Shown: positions 19,738-29,053, counted from the stretch's first letter. The stretch is DNA of 64,000 nucleotides from Spirochaetae bacterium HGW-Spirochaetae-1 (GCA_002839375.1 PGXY01000004.1:51612-115611), one strand, 5' to 3'. The notes: generated by a model not told the origin, from the letters alone. Program-made: numbers and translations.

Positions 19738-19772
19738 CGCTCTAATAAAATGTCAACGTTATTTTATTAGAG
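19738..19772. other. perfect 13-bp-stem hairpin (GCTCTAATAAAAT / ATTTTATTAGAGC, 9-nt loop)
   Basis: Read directly from the sequence. Lies in the AT-rich gap between the small lipoprotein gene and the PAS remnant. Confidence 0.5.
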
Positions 19773-19906
19773 CATTGAGGTTTTAAACAAAGATAGATAG
19801 ATGACGCACTATATTTTGATGTATATGCTTTTATACGCAAGACTTATAGGCCATCGCGAAGCAGGTGGGCTCAGTTTAATTTTTAAGTTGAGCTGCATCT
19901 ACCGGC

Positions 19907-20330
19907 TCAATTGAAGATACACCGGCAAATTCTATTAATTTCGGTCATGTCCTGAGAAAATGAGGGTTCCCCTGTTTTCAATACTCTTTCATAATTACTG
20001 AAAATACTACTGTTTTCTAATTGAGGAATTACGTCCAATATATACCTGCCTATAACATCTTCCTTTTTGATATCGGGGCCCAGGAAAGATAATCCCTTTG
20101 TATTGATGTCCAGAAACCGGGATTCTGAATCACAAATCGACATGGAATCAGTAGCTGAGTTCATGAAGGACTGCAGGCGTTCCTTTGCCTCCCTGATTTC
20201 TTCTTCGGCCTTTTTGTATGCCGTAATATCCCGCCCGATTCCCAACACTCCCGGTATACACCCGTCCCTCTGGTAAATCGGGATCCTTATTTTTTCCAGT
20301 TTTCCCGGTTGCCGTCGGCAGTATAAAAAA
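19907..20330 (-). pseudogene. truncated PAS-domain sensor fragment (gene remnant)
   Basis: The reading frame opens after a TAA and has no proper ATG (the track uses GTG). It encodes ...PIYQRDGCIPGVLGIGRDITAYKKAEEEIREAKERLQSF, i.e. the tail of one PAS domain, then the PAS linker and the start of another PAS. No kinase or output domain follows. Confidence 0.4.
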
Positions 20331-20502
20331 CTTCCTCTTCATTTAATTACAATAATTTTAATAGCAGCTATATCAATCCCGTGACGAAGTATTTCATGGA
20401 CAACATTGTCACGGAAACCGCATTATCCCTTGACATTCATGTAACAATATGCATTATACTTACCAGTTTAACGGCCCACTGATAAATTTTAAAGGTTACT
20501 AA

Positions 20503-20733
20503 ATGAATTCTGAAATCCTCAGAGAGCTGGTTACAATGCCGATGCCTTTCGGCAAATACAAGGATATGGTACTCTGTGATCTCCCGGAAAATTACGTGGT
20601 CTGGTTTCACAGCAAGGGTTTTCCCGAAGGCAAACTGGGTATGCTGCTCTCTACACTTTACGAGATTCAGCTTAACGGGCTCGAGTACCTGATTGAAGGA
20701 ATCAGGAAAGAAATTCTCTCACAGGGCACGTGA
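20503..20733 (+). CDS. DUF3820-like small protein
   Basis: 76 aa with MPFGKYKD...LPENYVVWFHSKGFPEGKLGMLLSTL, matching the conserved core of the DUF3820 family as recalled from memory. Confidence 0.5.
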   Translation: MNSEILRELVTMPMPFGKYKDMVLCDLPENYVVWFHSKGFPEGKLGMLLSTLYEIQLNGLEYLIEGIRKEILSQGT

Positions 20734-20791
20734 TGTATAAAAAAAGATTTCTTGAGAAGAACGCGCGTTAATCAATCGAAGGAGGGCAGCG

Positions 20792-21364
20792 ATGAAAAAA
20801 TCCATAGGCGCCGGGACAATACTGTATCCGAATCCGGTTCTGATAGTGGGATCATATGACAGCCAGGGAAAGGCCAATGCCATGACCGTGGCCTGGGGAG
20901 GCATTGCTTCATCCAATCCGCCCAGTGTGGCAATATCCCTCAGGAAGGCCACCTACACACACGGCAACATTACGAAACGAAAGGCCTTCACGATAAGCAT
21001 ACCCTCGGAAAGCCAGGCAAAATACGCCGATTATTTCGGAATAAAATCCGGCAGGAATGAAGATAAATTCGCCGTTACGGGTCTGACCCCGGTTAAAAGC
21101 GAAATCGTCGACGCGCCCTATGTACAGGAATTTCCCCTTATTCTGGAATGCAGGCTGCTTCATATATTCGAATTGGGCCTTCACACGCAGTTTGTCGGTG
21201 AAATAATGGACGTTAAGGTCGATGAAGATATGCTGGACGAGGGAGGAAAGCCTGACATAAAAAAGATCAGGCCCTTTTTCTACGACCATTCCGGATTCTC
21301 CTATTATGGCATAGGGGAGCTTCTTGGGAAGGCCTATACCATAGGGAAGGATATATCCCAGTAA
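20792..21364 (+). CDS. flavin reductase-like domain protein (FMN-binding split barrel)
   Basis: NPVLIVGSYDSQGKANAMTVAWGG...SVAISLRK pattern. GAAGGAGG SD. Confidence 0.7.
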   Translation: MKKSIGAGTILYPNPVLIVGSYDSQGKANAMTVAWGGIASSNPPSVAISLRKATYTHGNITKRKAFTISIPSESQAKYADYFGIKSGRNEDKFAVTGLTPVKSEIVDAPYVQEFPLILECRLLHIFELGLHTQFVGEIMDVKVDEDMLDEGGKPDIKKIRPFFYDHSGFSYYGIGELLGKAYTIGKDISQ

Positions 21365-21396
21365 TTTCCGTTGTTTTGATGTATAGGAATGGATTT

Positions 21397-22017
21397 TTAA
21401 TCACCCGGTAAAGACCGGCACACCTCCGGCTCAGGCACCCTATCCTTCTGCGTGCCGAACCAGGCCACGGCAAATCCTTTATAAATGCCTATCCCAATGG
21501 CATTCCAGGTATAGTCTTTCCAGGGAGTCTGATTTGTTATCACCGCGTTATGGCCCTTGCTTTTCTGCCAGCTGCCCAGGGCATAGTCGGCAGTCATGAC
21601 ATAGCCCTCATACTGCGGCTCGGAACTTCCGCAGGCGATTTCAAATCCAAAGCCCGTATAACCCGCAAGCTCTTTCGGCTTATTCCACATGCATTCGGCT
21701 TTTTTATGATCGGGTGTGTAACAGCAGGCTGTCCATTCACCCTCCTCGGACCAGCTATGGGCATTGCAGCCTTCTCCCAGGTCGGGCTTGTTGACATGCA
21801 GATCAATACAATGCTCATGCGCCACACGGGTCAGTGAAGCGGAAAGGGGAATAGCGGGCAGATTCAGTTTTTTCCGATATTCCATGATCATAGTGTAAAG
21901 TTTTAATTCTTCGGCGGAAACACACTCGATGGGAAAATTTCCATTTTTCTCGAATCCCTGTGACAATAATGAACCGGCAATACCGGCAACAATAAGAAGG
22001 GTGATAAAATATTTCAT
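21397..22017 (-). CDS. secreted Cys-rich protein, possible CAP/SCP-like domain
   Basis: Signal peptide. GHNAVITN..W...IGIGIY resembles the CAP (PR-1) C-terminal motifs. Multiple Cys. Low certainty. Confidence 0.4.
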   Translation of the reverse strand: MKYFITLLIVAGIAGSLLSQGFEKNGNFPIECVSAEELKLYTMIMEYRKKLNLPAIPLSASLTRVAHEHCIDLHVNKPDLGEGCNAHSWSEEGEWTACCYTPDHKKAECMWNKPKELAGYTGFGFEIACGSSEPQYEGYVMTADYALGSWQKSKGHNAVITNQTPWKDYTWNAIGIGIYKGFAVAWFGTQKDRVPEPEVCRSLPGD

Positions 22018-22189
22018 AAAATCTCCTGTTCTTTGAGCAGGATACTGCAGGAATTTTCTTTTGTCAATTGATTAAACAGCCGCAGGCATGGACGGAAAAA
22101 GACTTGCACACTCAGGATATTTCTTCACAATACAGCCATTCCTGAAAAACATGTTCATTTTTCAATATCATATCTACGGTGGTCCTTGT

Positions 22190-23056
22190 ATGAAAAAGTT
22201 TATCGGCATCTGCCTCATTCTTTCAGCGGTTATTCCCGTTTCGGCGCAAAACGAAAAATCAGTATTTCAGAAAATAGCCCTGGAAGTTTCATCCCTCGGG
22301 CCGAAACTTCAAAGCGGCGCAGTCACCGTCCTTCCCTTCGAGACCGTTGGCTTCCCCGGCAGGTCCCAGGGAGTTTATGTATCGGACCAGATCTCGGCGG
22401 CAATTTCCAAAGCGGGAAATATAACTCTGGTTGAACGTGAAAGGCTTGATACGGTTATCAAGGAAAAAGAGTTAACCCTCACGGGCCTTATAAATAAAGA
22501 CGAGGTCAGAAAAATAGGCACTCTGCTCGCCATAGACGCTCTGGTCATGGGACGCGTGTACAAAACAGAACAGGGATACGATATTTTTGTAAAAGTCGTT
22601 GATACCCGGTCCGGTTCCGTCCTCACCATGTTCTCTCACAAGTGCAGCAGCGAAACGGTTGCGGGCGGAGATAAAGATTCTCCCTGGTATGCCGGGACCT
22701 GGAAGGTAGTGACCACGGCGCCCTACCTGGTTGAGCAGGATATGCGTTATGAAAAACTGGTATTGAGAAATGACGATACTTTTTCACTGTATCTTATTAA
22801 CAACGCCGACCGCTTCGTGGAGATCCAGGGCCGGTACAGCATCGATAAAAACAACATCGATTACCGCGCGATGCAGATGTACTTTGACGGAAACCCCACA
22901 TCTTTCACCCGTATGAGTACCAGACTTGAAGGGACAATTTTTCTCGTGGAAGGACGTCTCTTTTTCAACTATGCCGGTGAAGGGAAAAAGGGCCGGACAA
23001 GAGCCGATGCCATGGATCCCCGGTATCGCTGTGTTGCGGAACGCCGGAAAGAATAG
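22190..23056 (+). CDS. secreted protein with a CsgG/FlgO-like N-terminal domain
   Basis: Signal peptide, then VTVLPFETVG...VSDQISAAISKAGNITLVERERLDTVIKEKELTLTGLI...IGTLLAIDALVMGRV, which matches the CsgG-like periplasmic fold pattern. Confidence 0.4.
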   Translation: MKKFIGICLILSAVIPVSAQNEKSVFQKIALEVSSLGPKLQSGAVTVLPFETVGFPGRSQGVYVSDQISAAISKAGNITLVERERLDTVIKEKELTLTGLINKDEVRKIGTLLAIDALVMGRVYKTEQGYDIFVKVVDTRSGSVLTMFSHKCSSETVAGGDKDSPWYAGTWKVVTTAPYLVEQDMRYEKLVLRNDDTFSLYLINNADRFVEIQGRYSIDKNNIDYRAMQMYFDGNPTSFTRMSTRLEGTIFLVEGRLFFNYAGEGKKGRTRADAMDPRYRCVAERRKE

Positions 23057-23104
23057 GATTTTTCATCGATAATAGACAAATACCGTTACTCCTGGAGGTA
23101 CTGC

Positions 23105-23764
23105 ATGACATCAACTGTTTTTCTCGTTATCTTTTTTGCTTTCTCCATTGCTCATGTTGCGGGGGAAGGTTTTAAATTAATGCCGGCACGCTATATCACC
23201 AAACCTTTTCTCATGCCTTCACTTGCCCTGTACTATGCTTTTTCGGCACAGGAACCCAGTATTATCATGATAGCAGCAATTGCGGGGGGATGGCTCGGGG
23301 ATATATTTCTCATGATTCCCGATCCGCAGAAAACACGGCGCTTCTTCAAGCCCGGCCTCGTGGCTTTTCTCCTGGGACATATCTTATATATAGCCGTTTT
23401 CGTCGCTTGTTTCAGTTCTCTTGATATAATCCCCTTTTATGGATGGCTCATCGCCCTTCTGTACCTGGTCACGGGTATATTCGCTTTCAATAGTATCAGG
23501 CCCCATGCCGGGCCCATGCTCAAAGCAATTGCCGCCTATGTCATAATTATAATCCTCATGGGAATCAGCACCGTGGTTTCCCTGGGCAGTGTTTCTCTAA
23601 CGGGCTCAGCCATTGCCATGGTGGGGGCGTATATTTTCATGATCAGCGATACGCTGAACGCCTACAACAGGTTTGTAAAAGAAATACCCAATGAGCGAGT
23701 GTACACCATGTCAACCTATCTGCTGGGACAGTTTCTGCTGATCCAGGGATATCTTCTTTTCTGA
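23105..23764 (+). CDS. YhhN-family membrane protein (lysoplasmalogenase-like)
   Basis: 219 aa, about 7 TM, with GDIFLM and GLVAFLLGHILYI motifs of the YhhN family. Confidence 0.6.
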   Translation: MTSTVFLVIFFAFSIAHVAGEGFKLMPARYITKPFLMPSLALYYAFSAQEPSIIMIAAIAGGWLGDIFLMIPDPQKTRRFFKPGLVAFLLGHILYIAVFVACFSSLDIIPFYGWLIALLYLVTGIFAFNSIRPHAGPMLKAIAAYVIIIILMGISTVVSLGSVSLTGSAIAMVGAYIFMISDTLNAYNRFVKEIPNERVYTMSTYLLGQFLLIQGYLLF

Positions 23765-23766
23765 AG

Positions 23767-25035
23767 CTATGCTGGCATAACATAGGGTATGGTCAGTGGG
23801 CCCTCGGGCATAACCGCTATCCGCGCATTGCCGCCGTATGCCGCACGAAGTTTTTCCACGGTATCGGCTATATTGCCGCATCGTTGGATCATGGCGGTTT
23901 TCAGATCATCGTCGTCCAGTCCACCGCTGTAGAGATAGACGCTGCAGTGAAGCAGAATTTTCGCCAGTATCTGCGCCTGCCACTGGTCCGGAACCGTATT
24001 GGGCCCCAGTGAACGGAGCAGGCTCTGCGGGTCATCATGGGCTTCGAGAATATTTCTGAAATTCCCGTGGTCGGGCATGCCTTCAGCGCAGGCGGCCGCC
24101 ATCACTATCGCCCCTCCCTTCTTCGTTATTCCCGCTGCAGCGCTCAGTCCCTTGACAGCCTGGTACAGGTTCTGATCAAGGGGATAACCGCTGTTTGTCG
24201 TGACAACAATATCATAGGGCTGAAGTACCGGCACCATAGCCTGGTTTGCCACAAAGGCGCACCCTTCGGCATGGGCTGAAAAAAGCTCACCGGCGAAGAT
24301 ACCGGTAATACCCTTGTCCGCGTTGAGGCTCACGTTGAGACAGAAATGCGGCATGGCAAAGGAGGCCGCGCGGGCGATCTCTTCCCACAGGGGATTCCCC
24401 GTGGTGATTCCCCAGGTGGCGCAGGGGCTGCTGATATGAATTGCGTTGTGGTTCGCCATGATGCTTTCAATACCGGCGATTCCCGGAAGGAGAGCCTTGG
24501 GACCGCCGCTGAAACCGGCGAAGAAATGGGGTTCGATGAATCCCGTGACAATCCGTATATCGGCCTCGACATATTCCCTGTTCAGGTAAATATCATTCCC
24601 CGATTCCGTCCGTCCCGTGAAAACAAGCCCCGGGGGATCAAAGGCGTCATGCTGTATCACCCGGTAACACTGAACCACCTCTTCTCCCAGCATCACGGCA
24701 AGTTCATCCCGGCTCTGACCCCGGTGCGATCCCGTGCCATTGAGAAGGGTGATATTTTTCTCCTCTGCGCCTGAATCGAGCAGTTCATCAATAATCGCCG
24801 GGATCAAGATATAATTCGGCGTGGCCCGGGTGATGTCGGTATGGACAATGACGATGCGGTCGGCCGGGGATACCTGTTCCCGCAGGGGCCGACAATTCAG
24901 GGGTCTGCGAAGAGCCTGTAAAATTTTTTCATATGCAGAATCAAGGGCAGGCAGGTCTTTACCGGTGATAATATCTGCCTCCCCATCAAGAGTTATGAAA
25001 AGATATTCCTTTCCGTATGGCAGACGTATTTCCAT
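23767..25035 (-). CDS. LarA-family protein (nickel-pincer-dependent lactate racemase-like, DUF2088)
   Basis: 422 aa with VTGFIEPHFFAGFSGGPKAL and VVTTNSGYPLDQNLYQAVKGL, characteristic of LarA N- and C-domains. Confidence 0.75.
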   Translation of the reverse strand: MEIRLPYGKEYLFITLDGEADIITGKDLPALDSAYEKILQALRRPLNCRPLREQVSPADRIVIVHTDITRATPNYILIPAIIDELLDSGAEEKNITLLNGTGSHRGQSRDELAVMLGEEVVQCYRVIQHDAFDPPGLVFTGRTESGNDIYLNREYVEADIRIVTGFIEPHFFAGFSGGPKALLPGIAGIESIMANHNAIHISSPCATWGITTGNPLWEEIARAASFAMPHFCLNVSLNADKGITGIFAGELFSAHAEGCAFVANQAMVPVLQPYDIVVTTNSGYPLDQNLYQAVKGLSAAAGITKKGGAIVMAAACAEGMPDHGNFRNILEAHDDPQSLLRSLGPNTVPDQWQAQILAKILLHCSVYLYSGGLDDDDLKTAMIQRCGNIADTVEKLRAAYGGNARIAVMPEGPLTIPYVMPA

Positions 25036-25066
25036 TATTGACCCGTTGCGATAATTTTATCTGGCA

Positions 25067-26056
25067 TTAGACCAGCCCCTCATCCCGAAGCCAGTTCCCA
25101 ACCCTGCGCATACCCTCCTCGAGGTTCACGCCCGGACTGTATCCCAGCACCCTTCGGGCCTTGTCAATAGAAACGCCCTTCTCCGATGTGAGAATACCCA
25201 CGCCAAGGGGCGTAAGCTTCGGCTTCATGCCCGTTAATTTATTCAGAAGGTACATGGACCAGGCAAGAACATTGGCAAGCCTGGTAGAAAGATTTTTTTG
25301 TGCCGGAGGAAGGCCCGCTGACTCCGCAAGAAGAGAAAAATAGCGTTTCCAGCTTGTGTCTTCCCCGTCGGAAACGATGAATATTTCACCGGGAGCCTTG
25401 TCGCTTTTTGCCGCGAGCATGAGGGCATCAATGAGATTTTCCACGTAGAGGTGCCAGCAGCGCCCGTTTCCTCCGTTTACAAGTATCATTTTTCCGTTTT
25501 TCATCAGGCCCAGGGGCCTCAGTATCCAGTTCGGAGAGCCCGGCCCGTAGACCAGCGGCGGCCGCACAACTACGGCCTGGAATCCGTTGTTCCCGTGACG
25601 GCCCAGGATGGCGCGCTCGGCCCGTCCTTTCGTTATGCCGTAGGGGCCGCCCGTATCGGCATAGGGAGTCTCTTCGGTAGTAATGTTTTTTCTTTTCACG
25701 CCGACAACGGCATTGGTACTCACATAAATGAGACGGACGTTTCCGGCCTGTTCCGCGGCATCGAGCAGCCTTTCCGTTCCCGTTACATTGATCCGGGAAA
25801 ACTCCTTCACAGGGCCGTAATCACCCACGCGCGCGGCAAGATGGAATATATAGTGTGCCCCGGACGTTCCGCGCTCGAGCGCGCCGGCATCGAGAATATC
25901 CCCCTCGATAATCTTCGCACTTCCGTTGAAAAGTGCATGGGCCTTTTCAGGTGTTCTCGCCAGGATGCGCACCTCGTGTCCCTCTGCAATGAGTCGCTTC
26001 ACCAGGTACTGCCCGATAAAACCGGTGCCTCCCGTAACAAATGATACTGGCTTCAT
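25067..26056 (-). CDS. NAD-dependent epimerase/dehydratase family protein
   Basis: FVTGGTGFIGQYLVKRL Rossmann motif, and YxxxK in YGITKGRAE. Confidence 0.8.
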   Translation of the reverse strand: MKPVSFVTGGTGFIGQYLVKRLIAEGHEVRILARTPEKAHALFNGSAKIIEGDILDAGALERGTSGAHYIFHLAARVGDYGPVKEFSRINVTGTERLLDAAEQAGNVRLIYVSTNAVVGVKRKNITTEETPYADTGGPYGITKGRAERAILGRHGNNGFQAVVVRPPLVYGPGSPNWILRPLGLMKNGKMILVNGGNGRCWHLYVENLIDALMLAAKSDKAPGEIFIVSDGEDTSWKRYFSLLAESAGLPPAQKNLSTRLANVLAWSMYLLNKLTGMKPKLTPLGVGILTSEKGVSIDKARRVLGYSPGVNLEEGMRRVGNWLRDEGLV

Positions 26057-26100
26057 GTTGCGCTGCTCCTTTTCTAGAATTTACAATTATCGTACCGGTA

Positions 26101-26472
26101 TCACAAATATTGAATCAGCTGGATGATGACCCCGTCGGGATCCCTGATGAAGGCGATTTTGCGGTCAGGTCTGAATTGAGACGGCGGCAGCATGAACGAT
26201 ACATCCTTTGATTGTAAATCGGCTGCCGTTTTTTCCAGATCATCCACGGTAAAACATAAATGATACAGACCCGAATGTTCCCGCATGTCCGCCTGCGTAT
26301 CGGCGGGCTTGCATTCTTCTATTTCGATAGTGACCGTGTCATTGCCCACGAAGTGATAGAGTCTTCCCAGGACTTCGACCTCTTCCAGTTTTCGGAATCC
26401 CATTATATCGCAGTAAAATTGAATAGATCTTTCAAGATCAGCGGTTTTGATACCGACATGATTCCAGCGCAT
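26101..26472 (-). CDS. VOC/glyoxalase-family protein
   Basis: MRWNHVGIKTADLERSIQFYCDIMGF...HLCFTVDD, the glyoxalase fold pattern. Confidence 0.7.
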   Translation of the reverse strand: MRWNHVGIKTADLERSIQFYCDIMGFRKLEEVEVLGRLYHFVGNDTVTIEIEECKPADTQADMREHSGLYHLCFTVDDLEKTAADLQSKDVSFMLPPSQFRPDRKIAFIRDPDGVIIQLIQYL

Positions 26473-26473
26473 G

Positions 26474-27712
26474 TCATCCTCCGAATTTTTCTTTAGTCAG
26501 CTTGAAGCATTCCGCTGCCACATTAAGAGTCTTCTTTATATCATCATCGGTAATGGCGGCGCACACGAACCAGTTGTGGTGCGGGTGAAAGAAAATCCCC
26601 CGGCGTGCCGCTTCGCCGCAGAAATACCGGTTTTTTTCATGGGGGGCATCATTGTCGAAGTTCATATATGGCATGGCCGGCGGACCGGAAAGCGTCACGG
26701 TTATCTTCTCCGATGCTGCGGCTTCGGCAAGCCCCTGCATGAGTTTTTTCCCCATGGCGTCGATCTTTTCAATGGCTCCGCTTGCACGGTTCTCCTCAAT
26801 GGCTGCCAGGGCCGCGGCAAAGGGAACGCCGGAAAAGTAGTGTGTGCCGGTGAAAAAGACCTTCCCTGCCGCCTCCATAAGCTCGCGCTTCCCCATTGCC
26901 ACTGCTATGGGATAGCCGTTCGCCATGGCCTTGCCAAAGCACTGGAGATCGGCATTATAACCGTACCATTTTGCGCTGCCAGCCAGGTGCAGCCTGAAAC
27001 CGCACCGGACATCATCAATGATGATGCAGAAACCCTCACTCTTCGCCAGGGAATTGACTGATTCAACAAACTCTTTCGTCGGCAGGGCCTGATCGATGAA
27101 GGCGTCATGGCGGTGGGGCGTCAGCATGATACAGGCGATCTTGCCCCTGTTCGCTTCGACCACTCGCTGCAGGTCCGCCGGGTCATTATAGTTAAAATAA
27201 TGGATGTGGGTCTTCCACTCGTCGGGAATGCCGGCTCCATGTGGCTGGCACCAGAAGTGCGAACCGTGATATGAACCTCTTGCCATGATAACATCCCATT
27301 TTCCCGTAAATACCCGGGCCGCGGTAAGAGCATACGAGGTGACATCGGAGCCGTTCTTCCCGAACACGCACCAGTCGCCGTTATGGACGGTTTCGGTCAT
27401 CTTTTTTGCCAGGGGAACCCAGAGGTCGCTGGGAAGAGTGAAGCAGTCGGCATTTTTCATCTGCTCCACGACCGCCTCCTCCACCCGGGGATTTTTGAGA
27501 CCCAGGAGATTGGTGCCGAAGGAGCACATGTAATCAATATATTCATTGCCGTCCACGTCCCATACACGGCACCCTTCGCCGCGCTTCAGGAAGGCCGGGT
27601 ATGACCCGAAGGTGAGAAACCGCGGTGTCCGGGGCCCGTAGATGCCGCCGGGAACATATTTTTGTGCTTCCTCAAAAAACTCATAGGATTTCGTAAATTC
27701 ATACAGCTTCAT
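26474..27712 (-). CDS. class-III PLP-dependent aminotransferase (glutamate-1-semialdehyde aminomutase-like)
   Basis: KYVPGGIY...GSYPAFLKRGEGCRVWDVDGNEYIDY..., and ..IIDDVRCGFRL with a PLP-lysine-like region. AGGAGG SD before MKLYEF. Confidence 0.8.
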   Translation of the reverse strand: MKLYEFTKSYEFFEEAQKYVPGGIYGPRTPRFLTFGSYPAFLKRGEGCRVWDVDGNEYIDYMCSFGTNLLGLKNPRVEEAVVEQMKNADCFTLPSDLWVPLAKKMTETVHNGDWCVFGKNGSDVTSYALTAARVFTGKWDVIMARGSYHGSHFWCQPHGAGIPDEWKTHIHYFNYNDPADLQRVVEANRGKIACIMLTPHRHDAFIDQALPTKEFVESVNSLAKSEGFCIIIDDVRCGFRLHLAGSAKWYGYNADLQCFGKAMANGYPIAVAMGKRELMEAAGKVFFTGTHYFSGVPFAAALAAIEENRASGAIEKIDAMGKKLMQGLAEAAASEKITVTLSGPPAMPYMNFDNDAPHEKNRYFCGEAARRGIFFHPHHNWFVCAAITDDDIKKTLNVAAECFKLTKEKFGG

Positions 27713-27920
27713 GAATGGTTCCTCCTGCAAATATGGCTGATTTAAAAAAGGTTATCCCATCATCAGGATCCTTTTTCAAATTAACCGTGGAGGTATTTTA
27801 TTGGCAGATAGATACGGACAGGCAAGCCTTTTTTATAGTGAAAGGTATTTTCCTCTTCCTGATATTTTCAAATTTGAAAATATCAGGAAGACACTTTGGG
27901 AGACACAACACCTCTGCACC

Positions 27921-28493
27921 TTAAATCCTGAAAAGCGCCGCCCTGCTCAGCCTGACGTTTGGCGAATCGATGAGAACCATTCCGCATGATCTGGCAATTT
28001 CGACTTCTTCGAGAAATGATTTCTCCGGTACATGGATTTTCGGTTCAACCAGGAAATATAATGAATCCGGTTTCATGACGGCCTTGATCTGATTCAAAAA
28101 TGTCTTCTTATCAGGCACTTCATGAAGCATCCAGAACGTAAGAGCAAAATCAGCCGTTTCTTTCACAGATATACCCGAAGAATCATTGTGAACGGGAAAA
28201 ACAATCTTTTCCAGATTGGTGCCTCTGATCTTTTTTATAAGAGCGTCAATCGCTTTCTTCTGGATATCCACGGCGATCACTCTTCCTTTATCGCCCACAA
28301 GCCCTGCCAGACCAAAAGTAAAAAATCCGGGCCCGCACCCGATATCAAGCGCCGTCTGCCCCTCTTCGACATATCCCCTGAAAAGTTTTTCCGGGTCATG
28401 CACTCTCTTCCTGAGATACGTATTGAGCGAAAAATAAAGCCACGATGGGCACACATGTTCTTCCATCAAAAGCGTTTTCCTTAGTTTCCCCAT
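27921..28493 (-). CDS. class I SAM-dependent methyltransferase
   Basis: ALDIGCGPGFFTFGLA motif I. Confidence 0.7.
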   Translation of the reverse strand: MGKLRKTLLMEEHVCPSWLYFSLNTYLRKRVHDPEKLFRGYVEEGQTALDIGCGPGFFTFGLAGLVGDKGRVIAVDIQKKAIDALIKKIRGTNLEKIVFPVHNDSSGISVKETADFALTFWMLHEVPDKKTFLNQIKAVMKPDSLYFLVEPKIHVPEKSFLEEVEIARSCGMVLIDSPNVRLSRAALFRI

Positions 28494-28516
28494 GATAATC
28501 CCCCACCAGCTATTAT

Positions 28517-28534
28517 TTAGTTATTATAAACTAA
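28517..28534. promoter_or_regulatory. palindrome TTAGTTATTATAAACTAA (TTAGTT-N6-AACTAA), candidate MarR operator
   Basis: Perfect 6-bp inverted arms. Lies between the marR stop and the methyltransferase start. A second copy sits upstream of marR. Confidence 0.4.
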
Positions 28535-28572
28535 CTTTTATTATAATACTTATAGTCCCCGGTTAACATCTC

Positions 28573-29028
28573 CTACATTGAACTGATACTCTTCGCACTT
28601 TTTGAAACGACCGTATTCAATATCTCCACAAGGGTGTCGAGATCCTTCCTGCCGAGATTGCTGGAAAATATTTCCGCAATATTCAGATGTGTCCTTTCAT
28701 GCATTGCAACAAGTTCATACCCTTTTTTTGTCAGGTGTATATGAGCGGTCCTGCGGTCTTCATCGGATGTAACACGCTCAACGTAGTTCTGGGCCGTAAA
28801 TTTTTCTATGATCGCAGTCACGGAAGGCTTGCTCAGGGACAGTTCCCGCGCCAGTTCACTGAAGTTGGGGTGTCCGAGCCTGTTTATCACCTCCAGATAT
28901 GCAAGCTGCCTGGCAGTGAGCCCGGCGTCACCAAGAGACTTGATGAACTGCACCTCAATGTCCCCGATGATAGCGGTAATCATCTCGATCAATTCAACGA
29001 GCGTGTATTTATTTTGTTTATTGCTCAT
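28573..29028 (-). CDS. MarR family transcriptional regulator
   Basis: LTARQLAYLEVINRLGHPNFSELARELSLSKPSVTAIIEKF is the wHTH of MarR. Confidence 0.8.
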   Translation of the reverse strand: MSNKQNKYTLVELIEMITAIIGDIEVQFIKSLGDAGLTARQLAYLEVINRLGHPNFSELARELSLSKPSVTAIIEKFTAQNYVERVTSDEDRRTAHIHLTKKGYELVAMHERTHLNIAEIFSSNLGRKDLDTLVEILNTVVSKSAKSISSM

Positions 29029-29035
29029 AATTAGT

Positions 29036-29053
29036 TAGTTCTTATAAACTAAT
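29036..29053. promoter_or_regulatory. palindrome TTAGTTCTTATAAACTAA (TTAGTT-N6-AACTAA), candidate MarR operator in the marR / ABC divergent promoter
   Basis: Same arms as the site at 28517. Located 8 nt upstream of the marR start codon. Confidence 0.4.

Noticed and set aside
20340-20500. Inverted repeat CCGTGAC-N22-GTCACGG upstream of the DUF3820 gene.
   Set aside because: It is a 7-bp stem with a 22-nt loop, which makes a weak structure, and there is no supporting context.
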